The notes under the pieces were generated by a model. The model saw nothing but the letters and a program-made list of their open reading frames with translations, did no database searches and had not been told where the DNA came from. A DNA stretch of 64,000 nucleotides, taken from positions 896,001-960,000 of the forward strand of contig CBDCNQ010000005.1 in NCBI GenBank assembly GCA_965219445.1, written 5' to 3'. Position 1 is the stretch's first letter. Every line of letters begins with the position of its first letter. The DNA comes from Longimicrobiales bacterium. Lineage in GTDB: Bacteria > Gemmatimonadota > Gemmatimonadetes > Longimicrobiales > Gaopeijiaceae. This document shows positions 48,552-58,781 of this stretch, in pieces. A program made the translations under genes and the position numbers.

Positions 48552-48901
48552 TCTGTATCCGTTGCAGGCGGGATTATGCACTTGACAAAGGCCAGGCCAA
48601 GCGGGCTTGACAGCCTGCGACTGGCGCGAGACGTCCAGGGACTGGTCCTCCGCGGTCCGCAGATCCACCTTCCGCCCACCGCTCAGAACCGACAGCTCAC
48701 TCTCCATTCCGGCCATGCTCAGCAGGCCGGGAGCATGACCTGCTGCAAACTCGACCAACACGTCGACATCGCTGTCGGGACCGAAATCCGTCCGTAATGT
48801 GGAGTGAACCCCCGAGGGTGGACAGTGGGGGTTGGCTGGATTGACCGGTTGAGGGTTTCAGGCTGCATACACACTCTCGAATTCCTCAGGCGGCCTGTAG
48901 C

Positions 48902-50335
48902 GAGGGTGTCCTAAGTTTAGTTGGAATTTGAAGTGACCTCCGACCTCGGGTAAGGTGGGTGTGAGGAACACAACACCGAACCATGAGAGGAAGGAGGCCA
49001 CCAATGGAGAGAGTGCCACAGCTTGTACGTCGAGGCAAGAAGGACCGAAGGATGGGTGCGCCGAGTGAGCTGGACTGGGAAGCGATCGAGGCGCTGAGGA
49101 CCGAGATGCGGGTGGAATTGATCCAGGAATTGATACCGCTTGGGCTGGCGGAGGTGGGGCGGGTGCTGGACGAAGAGGTCGAGCGGTTGGCGGGTCCGAG
49201 GCACGCCCGCAAGGGAGAAGGAGAAGTGATCTACCGGCATGGGAGCAACCCGGGCTCGGTACGCCTGGGCGGGCAGCGTCATCCGGTCCGGGTCCCTCGG
49301 GTGCGAGGTCTGGAGGGAGAGGCGCGTCTGGAGTCGTACGAGCGCTTGCACTGGGCGGCGGGCGAGGTGGACGAGGGGTTGTTCCGCAAGGTCCTGCTTG
49401 GGATCTCGTGTCGTGACTATGAGGCCGCGGTGGAGGCAGTGCCGGGGGCGATCGGGCTGTCTAAGTCGACGGTGTCGCGGGAGTTCAAGAAGGCGACCGC
49501 CAGGCAGCTGAAGGCGTTTCAGGAACGTGAGCTTACGGAGCTCGACGTCGTGGCGCTCTTCCTGGATGGCAAGACGTTTGCCAATGACGAAATCGTCGTC
49601 GCGTTAGCCGTGACGATGGGGGGAGACAAGGTGTTTGCGGGATTCGTGCAGACGGAAACGGAGAACGCCCGGGTGATCACGAGCTTTCTGCGCTCCCTGA
49701 AGGATCGGGGACTCGATCTGTCGGCCGGAGCGCTGGTCGTGATCGACGGCGCCAAGGGGCTGAAGTCGGCAGTGACGACGGTGTTCCGGGGCCAGGTGCT
49801 TATCCAGCGCTGCCAATGGCACAAGCGAGAGAATGTGGTCTCGTACCTGCCACGCACCGAGCAGAAGGCCTGGTGTGGACGTCTGCAGCGAGCCTACGAG
49901 CGGCCCACCTACGAGGAGGCGAAGCGGGACCTGAAAGCGATGCGGGCTGAGCTGGACGAGCTCAACCAGTCGGCGGTTGCAAGCCTGGACGAAGGGTTCG
50001 AGGAGACGTTGACCCTGCATCGACTCGGCGTGTTCCCGCTGGTTGGCCGTTCGCTGAAGACGACCAACGTTCTCGAATCCGTGAACGCTCAAGCCGAACA
50101 GCGCTGTGGGAGAGTCGACCGATGGAGAAACTCGAACCATAAGCAGCGCTGGCTCGCCGCCGCGCTCATCGACATCGAGCCTCGGCTCAGGAGGCTACTC
50201 GGCTATCGCCACCTCCCGTCGCTCCGTGCCGCGATTCAGAAGGAACTCGGGATCATCCATCCCGATAGCCAGACTCATGCCGCAGCCTGAGCGTCCCGAG
50301 GTCACTCGAGTTTCAACTAGCTTTGGGATTGACTC
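48902..50335 (+). mobile_element. IS256-family insertion sequence
   Basis: Imperfect ~38-bp IRs GAG...TAGTTG..AGTGACCTC; 8-bp target duplication CCTGTAGC (48894-48901, 50336-50343). Confidence 0.9.
48983..50290 (+). CDS. IS256-family (mutator-type) transposase
   Basis: LFLDG, VIDGAKGL, IQRCQWHK, KTTNVLES. Confidence 0.9.
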   Translation: MRGRRPPMERVPQLVRRGKKDRRMGAPSELDWEAIEALRTEMRVELIQELIPLGLAEVGRVLDEEVERLAGPRHARKGEGEVIYRHGSNPGSVRLGGQRHPVRVPRVRGLEGEARLESYERLHWAAGEVDEGLFRKVLLGISCRDYEAAVEAVPGAIGLSKSTVSREFKKATARQLKAFQERELTELDVVALFLDGKTFANDEIVVALAVTMGGDKVFAGFVQTETENARVITSFLRSLKDRGLDLSAGALVVIDGAKGLKSAVTTVFRGQVLIQRCQWHKRENVVSYLPRTEQKAWCGRLQRAYERPTYEEAKRDLKAMRAELDELNQSAVASLDEGFEETLTLHRLGVFPLVGRSLKTTNVLESVNAQAEQRCGRVDRWRNSNHKQRWLAAALIDIEPRLRRLLGYRHLPSLRAAIQKELGIIHPDSQTHAAA

Positions 50336-51094
50336 CCTGTAGCCGAGGGAGGAGTGCAAGCGTCTTCGATTGTATACCTCCTCAAGGAAGTGGGGGAGTC
50401 GGTTGGCTAGGTCATCAATCGTGCTGTAGTCGTTTGCGAAGATCTCCTCGTGCTTCAGAGTTTTGAAGAAGCTCTCGACGTGCGCGTTGTCATAGGGATT
50501 TCCCCGCCGGGACATCGATCCTCGGATACCGTGGACGGCGAGGCGTGAGCCGTAGGCTCGAGACGCATACTGGACCCCGCGATCGGAGTGGTGAACCAGG
50601 CCAGCCCGCGGCTGCCGAAGATCGAGTGCGGCGTCGAGTGCGGCTAGGCAAAGACGCGTGTCCAGGAGATGGCTGATGGCATAGCCGATGACTCTGCGCG
50701 ACCACGCGTCGAGCACGACGGCGAGGAAGACGAATCCGGTGGTGAGCCGGATGTAGGTGAGATCTGCCACCCAGAGCTCGTCGGGCCCCTCAGGAGTGAT
50801 CGACGATCTCAGGTTCGGGTAGATGGGCTGCTTGTGATCGCTGTTCGTCGTAGCGAGCCATGCGCGTACCCGGTGGGGCGTGAGCGCATGCTCACGCATG
50901 ACACGCGCGACTCGCTTGTGATTAATCACCAGGCCACGTCTCCGGAGCTCGTGCGTGACCCGTCGGTATCCGTAGGCGGGGAACTCGGCCAGGATGTCTT
51001 CGATCCGAACGCGCAGATCCGTATCGGCCTTCTCCCGGGCTGCCCGGTGGCCCGCATGCGGTCTCTTGTAGAAGGTGCTCCTCGCCATGTTCAT
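50336..51094 (-). pseudogene. IS3 OrfB DDE transposase; last ~13 codons displaced to ~48857-48901
   Basis: YGYRR, WVADLTY, HHSDRGVQY, DNAHVESFF, RLHSSLGY|RPPEEFESVYAA*. Confidence 0.88.
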
Positions 51095-51483
51095 GAGGCT
51101 ACATCCCCGTCGGATGGGGACGCCCCTGGACCGGAGATGATCGACGGCCGCGCGCCTTGCTGCGAGGGTCGTATCAACGCCCTTTTTTTCATGACGTCGA
51201 GCTCCATCGTCAGCTGACCGATCTTGCGCTCAAGCGCCGCAATCTTTGCCCCGTACTCGACAACCTCCTCCTGGAGGTGGATCTCCCTTGTGAGATCCCC
51301 TGCTTCGTACTTCTTGATCCAGACCATCAGCAGGGAGTGGGGGACCTCGTGTCGTGTCGCAATCGACCTCGCGCTGCCTTCTCCGTCCAGATAGGCTTGG
51401 ACGAGCTGGATCTTGAACTCTGTGCTGTACCTCCTGTGGCGTCGAACCGTCATTGATCCTCCCGGGTGATTACGGAAGGTCAA
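51091..51483 (-). CDS. IS3 OrfA transposase HTH
   Basis: RRYSTEFKIQLV, LERKIGQLTMELDVMKK. Confidence 0.88.
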   Translation of the reverse strand: MTFRNHPGGSMTVRRHRRYSTEFKIQLVQAYLDGEGSARSIATRHEVPHSLLMVWIKKYEAGDLTREIHLQEEVVEYGAKIAALERKIGQLTMELDVMKKRALIRPSQQGARPSIISGPGASPSDGDVAS

Positions 51484-51639
51484 TCCATCGCCCTCTCTGT
51501 GTCTACTTTTAGGGGTTCACTCCAATGCCGAGCCAAAGATCGCTAGCTTCTGAACACCGTGCGGCCGTCAGAACGCGGCTAGTTCCGTCTTTGGGATTGA
51601 GAGTAGCGGATTCATGACCGAAACATCCGGCTTGTATCG

Positions 51640-52098
51640 ATGGTCTCGGTCCCGTTCTATTCGGCCGACCGCCAGCGGGTCCTGATCCCGCGCGGCACGC
51701 GCGTCGTCGGCACGGCCCGGGCCGTTCAGGACCCGGACCAGAGCCGGCTCGCCGTCGCGTTCCACCGGCTGCTGCTCCCCGACGGCAGCTGGATCGACCT
51801 CGAGTTCACCGGCCTGAACCAGGCGGGCGAGGGCGCGCTTCGGGACCAAGTCGATCGCCACTACTCCAGCACGTTCGCGGCGGCCGGAGCCGTCGGCGTC
51901 GTAAGCGGACTCGCCCTGGCCGGCGGTTCGCCGTTCGGCCTGAGGACGGGCGTCGGCCAAGGCCTCGGCCAGAGCGCGACCTCGGTTCTCGACCGGTTCC
52001 TGAACCGGCTACCCACGATCACGATCCGCGCCGGCCATCGCCTGCGCATCTGGTTCACCTCCGATGTCCTGGTCCCCAGGTCCGGGACACGGCAATGA
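51640..52098 (+). pseudogene. virB10: VirB10/TrbI C-terminal fragment (second, inverted copy)
   Basis: Near-identical to the 3' part of 38995-40263; 5' part missing. Confidence 0.88.
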
Positions 52099-53024
52099 CA
52101 AACAAGGAGCTCATCATGCGTCACCGCAGCCTTACCACCGTCCTCTTGGTCTCGGTCCTGATGCTCGCGAGCGCTGGGCCGGCCAACGCCCTCTTCGACA
52201 TCGGCGGCGTGATTCAGCGTGCCCAGATGATCGCGAACCAAGTGACCCAGCTTGCGAACCAGCTCAGCCAGATGCGGACGATGACCCGCCAGCTCACCGA
52301 GCTCGAGGAGCAGCTCGACCACATGAAGGACGTCGCGCGCGGCGAGGTGGACGCTTTGGTCGAACCGTTCGCGGAGCTCGCGGCCGGATCCATCGGCCTC
52401 GTCGGCAACGACCTCGACTGGGGCTCCGAGTTCAGCGGAGCGGCCGGCGAGCTGGTCGACGCGGTGCGTGACATGGGGAGCGGAAGCTCGTTCACCGACG
52501 TCTGGCGGAGCGCCCAAGGGGTGGCCGACCAGGTGAGCGAGGCGGACATCCTCGAGCTGTTCCGTAACCGCCCGGCCGAGGCGTCGTCGCGCGCGGTGGA
52601 GGACTACCGCCAGGCCAAGGAGACCGCCGACCGGCAGAGGGTGCTCGACTACGCGATGATGGACGCCGCGGCCTCGCTCGCATCGACCGTCGAGAGCGCG
52701 CAGGACTCGTTCGACGACCTGACCGCGAACGGCAACCTGTCAGCCACGGCACTCCAGCAGGCGCAGGTCGCGGCCGCGCTGACCCAGGGCCGGATCAACG
52801 CCGCCGTGGCGCAGGTGCTCGCCTATCAGGCCGTCGAGCAGGCGAACCGGATGCAGCAGGCCGAGATCGGCCGGCTCGAGCGGCTCGCCGAGTGGAGGGA
52901 CGCGCGCCTCCGTACGAACGCGATGGCCGATGCGATGCGCACGGCCGCGTTCCAGAACCGCGACCGGCTCCGGGAAGGGCTCCTGTTCAAGGTCCCGTCG
53001 TTCTACATGGGCGGCCAAGTTTAG
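52095..53024 (+). CDS. VirB5/TrbJ-like protein, second copy
   Basis: 5 aa differences from 38069-38998. Confidence 0.6.
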   Translation: MTNKELIMRHRSLTTVLLVSVLMLASAGPANALFDIGGVIQRAQMIANQVTQLANQLSQMRTMTRQLTELEEQLDHMKDVARGEVDALVEPFAELAAGSIGLVGNDLDWGSEFSGAAGELVDAVRDMGSGSSFTDVWRSAQGVADQVSEADILELFRNRPAEASSRAVEDYRQAKETADRQRVLDYAMMDAAASLASTVESAQDSFDDLTANGNLSATALQQAQVAAALTQGRINAAVAQVLAYQAVEQANRMQQAEIGRLERLAEWRDARLRTNAMADAMRTAAFQNRDRLREGLLFKVPSFYMGGQV

Positions 53025-53042
53025 GCGCGGGGAGCGACTGTC

Positions 53043-54053
53043 ATGCAACTCCTGCCACCGCAGTCGATCGATCCGAACGTCCCGGCCCAGATCCCCGCCG
53101 ATCAGCTCCAGGACTTCAAGGGGTTCCTGGATGTCGTGCTCGATACGGTGGTCGGCGGCGCCGCGCCCGACGTGCTGACGCTCGGCCACCAGCTCTGGGG
53201 CGGTCTCGCGGCGATCGTCGTCGCGTGGAGTGGGCTCAAGATCGCGTACAGCGGCACGCTAGAACCGTGGGCGCTCGTGCGTGTCGTGCTCGGGATCGCG
53301 ATCCCCCGGACGCTGCTCCATTACTACAGCGTCCCGATCCCGGGCGTGGGCTTCACGTTTCCGGCCATGGTCGCGGCCGGAGGGATCTGGCTCCAGAACC
53401 TGTTCATCTCCGATGTCGTGTCCGTCGGCTACACGGAGATGACCGCGCTGGTGCAGGCGTTCGCCGCACGGCTCGGCGCGGCATGGTCCGGCGGGAGCCT
53501 GATGACCCTCATGACCGAGGGCGTGAGCGTGTTCTTCTCGTCCCTCGTCGCGCTGATGATGGGCGTGCCGCTCGTGCTCGGCCTCGTCGCGCTCTTCTGC
53601 CTGACCTACGCGCAGGTGATCTGGGCGCAGGTGGCGCTCGCGATCGTGATCCTGCTCGGCCCCGTGTTCATCCCCTGGCTGCTGTTCGAGCCGCTCGCGT
53701 TCCTGTTCTGGGGATGGTTCCGCACGCTCATGGTCTACACGCTCTACGGCGTCGTGGCAGGAGCCATCCTGAGGGTCTTCATGGGCGTGGGCATGGGCTA
53801 CGTCACGACCTATACCGGCGCCTTGATGGGCACTGGCTCCTCCGACCCGGCCGAGCTAGGGCTGTGGGTAGTCGTCCTCCTCCCGCTCGTCGTCTCCGGC
53901 CTGATGGCCGGCATGAAGGTGGGCGAACTCGCCGCGATGCTCGTCTCCGGGTCCGGATCCGTCGGGTCGGGATTCATGGCGCTCGTGGTGCGCGGAGGCG
54001 GGCGCCTCAGCGCTGCCGCGAATCCGGCCCGCCCCCCAATCCCCGGAGGCTGA
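53043..54053 (+). CDS. virB6: VirB6/TrbL, second copy
   Basis: 5 aa differences from 37040-38050. Confidence 0.8.
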   Translation: MQLLPPQSIDPNVPAQIPADQLQDFKGFLDVVLDTVVGGAAPDVLTLGHQLWGGLAAIVVAWSGLKIAYSGTLEPWALVRVVLGIAIPRTLLHYYSVPIPGVGFTFPAMVAAGGIWLQNLFISDVVSVGYTEMTALVQAFAARLGAAWSGGSLMTLMTEGVSVFFSSLVALMMGVPLVLGLVALFCLTYAQVIWAQVALAIVILLGPVFIPWLLFEPLAFLFWGWFRTLMVYTLYGVVAGAILRVFMGVGMGYVTTYTGALMGTGSSDPAELGLWVVVLLPLVVSGLMAGMKVGELAAMLVSGSGSVGSGFMALVVRGGGRLSAAANPARPPIPGG

Positions 54054-54064
54054 AGGAGACGTCC

Positions 54065-54733
54065 ATGAACCGAGAACACGATGCCGGCCGCGAGTACGCG
54101 GAGATCTGGGGCGAGACCGTCGAGGCGAACCGGAAGCTCCGGACGCTGGCGATGATCCTTGCCGCCACATGCCTCACGCTCGGCGTGCTCCTGCTCCGCA
54201 TCGCGACCGTCGAGCCGCCCCGCCCGATCGTCGTACGGGTCGACGAGGTCGGCCGCGCCGAGGCCGTGGCCTACGAGGCCGCAACGGCGCAGGCGGATCC
54301 GCTCGATCCCACGACCAAGTACTTCCTCAACCGGTTCATCTCCGACTTCTACTCCAGGCGCCAGGCGACGGTCGAGGAGCACTGGACGCGGAGCCTCCGG
54401 TTCCTCTCGACCGAGCTGGCGAACGCCGCGTTCACGCGCGACGGCGCCGAGGTCGCCGCCATGGCGGCCGGCACCTCCGACACCGAGCACCAGGTCGAGC
54501 AGGTCGTGCTCCGCATCCACCCCGCACCGGAGGCGCCGCACGGCGCGACCGCCGATTTCGATCTGGTCCACCTCAGGCAGGGGCAGGAGACCCGGCGCGA
54601 GCGCTGGTCGCTCACGCTCCGGTTCACCTTCCTCACCGTCATCCCCTCCGAGCTCGTCGTCTACAACCCGATGGGCATCCTGATCACCTACCTCCAGGCC
54701 GACCGTGCCCTGGTCACGGAAGCCCCGCGATGA
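54065..54733 (+). CDS. virB8: VirB8/TrbF family protein
   Basis: Single TM helix, IVVRVDEVGRA, YFLNRFI, NPMGILITY. Confidence 0.85.
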   Translation: MNREHDAGREYAEIWGETVEANRKLRTLAMILAATCLTLGVLLLRIATVEPPRPIVVRVDEVGRAEAVAYEAATAQADPLDPTTKYFLNRFISDFYSRRQATVEEHWTRSLRFLSTELANAAFTRDGAEVAAMAAGTSDTEHQVEQVVLRIHPAPEAPHGATADFDLVHLRQGQETRRERWSLTLRFTFLTVIPSELVVYNPMGILITYLQADRALVTEAPR

Positions 54734-55212
54734 TCGCGCATCTCGCCGGGCGAGAGAGGGCGCTCGAGCCGTTCGGCTGGACGGGACGCCAGGCCGAATG
54801 GATCGCGCTCGTCTGTCTCCACAGCGGCGTGTTCACCCGAGACCAGATCTCCGACTGGCTCGGGATCCACCGCCGCACCGCGCGCCGGTTCATCCGGGAC
54901 ATTTTGGACCAGAGGCTGGCGGCCATGGACAGGCTTGCGGGCCGGAGGGTCTGCCGGATCTCCGCGCGCGCAGTCTATCGGGCGCTCGGAGCCGAGGATA
55001 TCCGCCACCGCCGGATCGCGTCGGCCGAGGTGCTCGTTCGCCGCCTGCTCTCGCTCGACTACGTGATCGGGCACACCGGCCTGCCGTGGCTGCCCACCGA
55101 ACCGGAGAAGGTCGGCGCGTTCGAGGCGCTCGGCATCGAGCGCAGCATCCTGCCCGTCCGGGTGTACCGGGGCGCCGCAGGCGAGACGCGGCGCTACTTC
55201 CCGCTCAAGTAG
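54730..55212 (+). pseudogene. wHTH-like ICE protein, probably truncated at the att-like region
   Basis: FGWTGRQAEWIALVCLHSGVFTR...RLLSLDYV; ends abruptly where GC content drops. Confidence 0.5.
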
Positions 55213-55220
55213 CGTAGTAT

Positions 55221-55397
55221 GATCGTCCATTTCATCCCATGCTGTCCCATAGTGTGCCATAACTCATGTTATATCAATGTTATAGATCACGTACGGGCCG
55301 TGTTCACAGACTCCCTCTTGTGCTGATTTGTACCATAGTGTACCGTTGTATATCTGTCGAAAAGTGATACATATGAGAACACACCACGGGATGGTAC
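55221..55397. repeat. AT-rich att-like region with 10-bp periodic repeats upstream of the integrase
   Basis: GATCGTCCAT TTCATCCCAT GCTGTCCCAT AGTGTGCCAT; TGTACCATAGTGTACC. Confidence 0.6.
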
Positions 55398-56582
55398 ATG
55401 CGTAAACGACCGCTTACGGCTGCCTTCGTGGCAAGGGTGAAGACGCCGGGACGCTACGGCGACGGGGGGCACGGCGGGCTCGGGCTGTACCTCCGCGTCC
55501 ACCGAATGAAGTCCGGGCGCGTCTCCAGGTCCTGGGGTCAGCGGATTCGAGTGGGAGGGAAGCCCACCAATCTCGGACTGGGCCCGTACCCGGTCGTGAC
55601 GCTCAAGGAGGCGAGAGAGAAGGCGCTGGAGAACAGGCGGTCGATCCATTGGGGCCACGACCCGAGAGCCGCGAGGGTTCCCACCTTCGAGGCGGCCGTC
55701 GAGAAGGTGATGGCGATCCACTCGCCGACCTGGAAAAACCCCTCCTGCATCGCCGGGCAGTGGCGGCAGACGCTGCGGGATTACGCATATCCGCGCATCG
55801 GCCGGAAGCGCGTGAACGAGGTCGCGACGGGCGACGTGCTCGACATCCTCAAGCCCATCTGGTCGAGCAAGCCCGCAGCGGCGAGGGTCGTACGTCAGCG
55901 GATCGGCGTGGTGATGAAGTGGGCCGTCGCGAAGGGCTACCGGTCGGACAACCCGGCGGGTGACGCCATCGCCGCCGCGCTACCGCGCAACGGCAATGCC
56001 ACCAGACATCACCAGGCGCTCCCGCACGGCGAGGTGTCGGCAGCTCTGGTCAAGGTCCGCAACTCGGGGTCCCATGCCGGTGTCCGGCTGGCGCTCGAGT
56101 TCATGGTCCTGACCGCGACACGCTCGAACGAGGTCCGGGGCGCGGCGTGGGACGAGGTCGAGCACGATGTCTGGACCATTCCCGCCAGCCGCATGAAGGC
56201 GAAGCGCGCTCACCGGGTTCCCCTGTCGAGGCGGGCCCTGGAGATCCTTGAGGAAGCCCGGAAGCGCCACGACGACGGCGGGATCGTCTTCCGGGGCGCG
56301 AAGGGAGGAGGCATCAACGCCTCGATGTTCAGCGGCTTGCTCCGGCATCTCGGCATCGAGGGAACGCCTCACGGGATGAGGTCCTCGTTCCGCGACTGGT
56401 GTTCCGAGACGGGTGTGGCTCGCGAGGTAGCCGAAGCGGCGCTGGCCCACGTCGTGAAGAACAGGGTCGAGGCCGCGTACGCCCGCTCGGACCTGCTGGA
56501 CCGGAGGCGCGAGGTCGTGGAGGCCTGGGCCGACTATCTCGCCAGCGAACGTCGAGACCCGGAGGCCGAACCGATCCGTTGA
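55398..56582 (+). CDS. P4-like tyrosine integrase with N-terminal arm-binding domain
   Basis: GRYGDG..GLYLRV, LGPYPVVTLKEAR, LTATRSNEVRGA, RMKAKRAHRVPL, PHGMRSSFRDW, LAH, AY. Confidence 0.93.
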   Translation: MRKRPLTAAFVARVKTPGRYGDGGHGGLGLYLRVHRMKSGRVSRSWGQRIRVGGKPTNLGLGPYPVVTLKEAREKALENRRSIHWGHDPRAARVPTFEAAVEKVMAIHSPTWKNPSCIAGQWRQTLRDYAYPRIGRKRVNEVATGDVLDILKPIWSSKPAAARVVRQRIGVVMKWAVAKGYRSDNPAGDAIAAALPRNGNATRHHQALPHGEVSAALVKVRNSGSHAGVRLALEFMVLTATRSNEVRGAAWDEVEHDVWTIPASRMKAKRAHRVPLSRRALEILEEARKRHDDGGIVFRGAKGGGINASMFSGLLRHLGIEGTPHGMRSSFRDWCSETGVAREVAEAALAHVVKNRVEAAYARSDLLDRRREVVEAWADYLASERRDPEAEPIR

Positions 56583-56747
56583 GGCGCTGGCTCATGACCC
56601 GTTACCTGTCATGAGCTGAGCTACGCAATGTGCAATATTGGGGCTGGCGAGGGGTGACTCCGCCCCCTTCGACCCCCCGGAGGCCCACGCTGCGGCGGCG
56701 TTCGCGGGCGGGGGCTCGGCCCCCTTTCCCCTTGCCGGCGCGTCCTG

Positions 56748-56990
56748 ATGGTTGATCGCCGCACCGTCACCGCCGCCGCCCGCGTATCACCGGCATAACT
56801 CGCCGCCTGGCGGGCCAAGGCCGCTGCCGCTGGCGTGTCGCTCTCGGCGCTGCTACGGGACGGGCAGGCCATGGCGCGCACGCGGACGTGGACCGCACCG
56901 GCAGCCGCGGCGGAGCGAGAGCGCACCCGGCAGATCGCGCGCATCGGCAACAACCTCAACCAGACCGCCCGCTGGGCCATCGGACGCTTG
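56748..56990 (+). pseudogene. mobC: MobC relaxosome accessory protein remnant (internal TAA at 56796)
   Basis: AKAAAAGVSLSALLR...IARIGNNLNQTARWA. Confidence 0.8.
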
Positions 56991-57155
56991 GTGGCGCGAA
57001 TCAAGGCAAGGAATCTTCTAAAGTCAACCAGGACTGCACGATCTGCGTTTCTTGCCGTTGGGCCGTGACGGGTTCCACCGTGCGCGAATTGCGGGACAAT
57101 CGCCATCAAGTGGCGGGAATTCGACTCGCTCCCGTTCCGGTAAGGGCCACCTACA

Positions 57156-58493
57156 TTAGCCTTGCTCGTACTGGATCTCGAATTTACCAAGGGTGTCGTC
57201 AGCGAAGGCCATTCCCCCGGCGTTGCACAGGTCGTGTTCAAGCATAGACAACAGTGCTCCGGCGTCCGAAACGTCATCTAACGCGTATCTTGGCATCGCA
57301 GTCACGCCGTGCGAGAGCTCTCCCGCCAAGTGGCCTCGCCTAACGGCACTCGCGCCCCAGCCGTTATTCGATCTCGGCAACACAAAGACCTTCTCGCCTG
57401 TGACGTGCATGGCTACCTGCACGGCATACTCTGCTCTCCCAGCATCAGCGTAACGCCGGAGCGTGTCAGCCCAGCAGATCACGTTTGCAAGCTCTCGAAC
57501 GGCGTAATCCGAATACAGCAGCTCATTGTTCACGCCCTCCATCACAGACAACCAGCCGAACTCCACTAGTCCATCGCAATGGAGCTCGAGGTAGCCTTGG
57601 TACGTGAAGTCTGGCAGGTCGTCGTGTTGTGGGCGACTTCTTGCTGCGCGAAGCTGAGGGTTCCACCCAGTGTCGCCAACGTGATGGAAGTCTCGTAGAC
57701 CGGCAACGATGGCGGGTTCGCTATCCGGCAACTGTCGTGTGACGGTGACGCTTGGCGTATTGAGCCCTTCAACGAGTTTGAAGTACGGACGACATATCGT
57801 CGCGAGACGGATGTCGTCGCCGACAGGTACAGCCGTGATGCGTATTCCGTAAGCATTGTCCGGTGACGTGAGCCGCTCGAACTCGTGGTCAAACTTTGCT
57901 GCTCGCTCTCGCAGCTTCTTGTCTAGCCGCTCAAGGCCCCGTGTTACGTTCAGCGTCATGTCTTGAACTTCACGCATCGACAGTTCCTCGCTTCGGTCCC
58001 ACCGACGGACGGGACATATCCACGTGCCCTTGATACGATGCGGCGCGAGCCGTGAGCCGCCAGGGACCCTAAACACTACGACTCCGGCATCCGTTCCGCT
58101 GGTGACCACTGGGAGGATTTCACACGACGGTAGTTGCGGCTCCACGCGGTCGCGGAAGATGAGCCGGAAGCGTTCAGCCAACTCCTGACATTTCGGAATC
58201 GCGCAGATTCCCTTGGCCACGGGAGGCGTCGCGTTCTTATCCTCCTCAATGCCCAAGACGAGCACACCACCGTATGCGTTGGCGAAAGAGACTACCTCCT
58301 TGAGGATCTGGTCTTTGGCGTGACCGCCGATCTTCATCTGACCAATCATCCACGGATCTCGGTTGCTCGTCCCTTTCGCAGGCAGCTCCCTCTTGAACTC
58401 TATTTGGTCACCCTCGGGAACGCGCGAAGTCACCAGTGATCTGATATCAGCGGCGGTGATCTGGTCGATGGGCTTGGATAGTATGGCGGTCAT
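57156..58493 (-). CDS. AlbA_2 (Schlafen-like) domain protein with an uncharacterised C-terminus
   Basis: EGDQIEFKREL, VSFANAYGGVLVLGIEE, APH. Confidence 0.8.
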   Translation of the reverse strand: MTAILSKPIDQITAADIRSLVTSRVPEGDQIEFKRELPAKGTSNRDPWMIGQMKIGGHAKDQILKEVVSFANAYGGVLVLGIEEDKNATPPVAKGICAIPKCQELAERFRLIFRDRVEPQLPSCEILPVVTSGTDAGVVVFRVPGGSRLAPHRIKGTWICPVRRWDRSEELSMREVQDMTLNVTRGLERLDKKLRERAAKFDHEFERLTSPDNAYGIRITAVPVGDDIRLATICRPYFKLVEGLNTPSVTVTRQLPDSEPAIVAGLRDFHHVGDTGWNPQLRAARSRPQHDDLPDFTYQGYLELHCDGLVEFGWLSVMEGVNNELLYSDYAVRELANVICWADTLRRYADAGRAEYAVQVAMHVTGEKVFVLPRSNNGWGASAVRRGHLAGELSHGVTAMPRYALDDVSDAGALLSMLEHDLCNAGGMAFADDTLGKFEIQYEQG

Positions 58494-58563
58494 TTCTCGA
58501 TAACCTGCTCTGTTGAAGAGTGTGTCGGCGGCGTCCCAAGTATCCGTGGCAACCGGTCCCGTG

Positions 58564-58752
58564 TCATACCGCCCAGCCAGCCGACAGAACCTCTGCCTGT
58601 TCGAGCACCGTCCGCGTCGCCTTCTCCTGTTTGTCGGGCGGGTAGCCGTCCTGGCGAAGGATACCTTTGACCAGCCGACGCAGGTTGGCGCGGACGTTCT
58701 CGCGTAGCGTCCGCCCGATCCTGACGTTGTTCCGCACGGTCTCGACCAACGT
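58564..58752 (-). pseudogene. Type I restriction HsdR extreme C-terminal (DUF3387-like) fragment
   Basis: [46 protein letters not shown]. Confidence 0.75.
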
Positions 58753-58781
58753 TGAATCCCGTTGCACGCCACCTGAACCTC

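Larger units (their letters stand above)
48800..51524 (-). mobile_element. IS3-family insertion sequence (interrupted by IS256)
   Basis: IRs TGGAGTGAACCCC....G(TG/TA)GACA at both ends; 3-bp target duplication ATG. Confidence 0.92.
48630..51615 (-). pseudogene. MNT nucleotidyltransferase antitoxin split by IS3 (5' part 51525-51615, 3' part ~48630-48799)
   Basis: Rejoined: MNPLLSIPKTELAAF*RPHGVQKLAIFGSALRTDFGPDSDVDVLVEF...GRKVDLRT. Confidence 0.85.
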
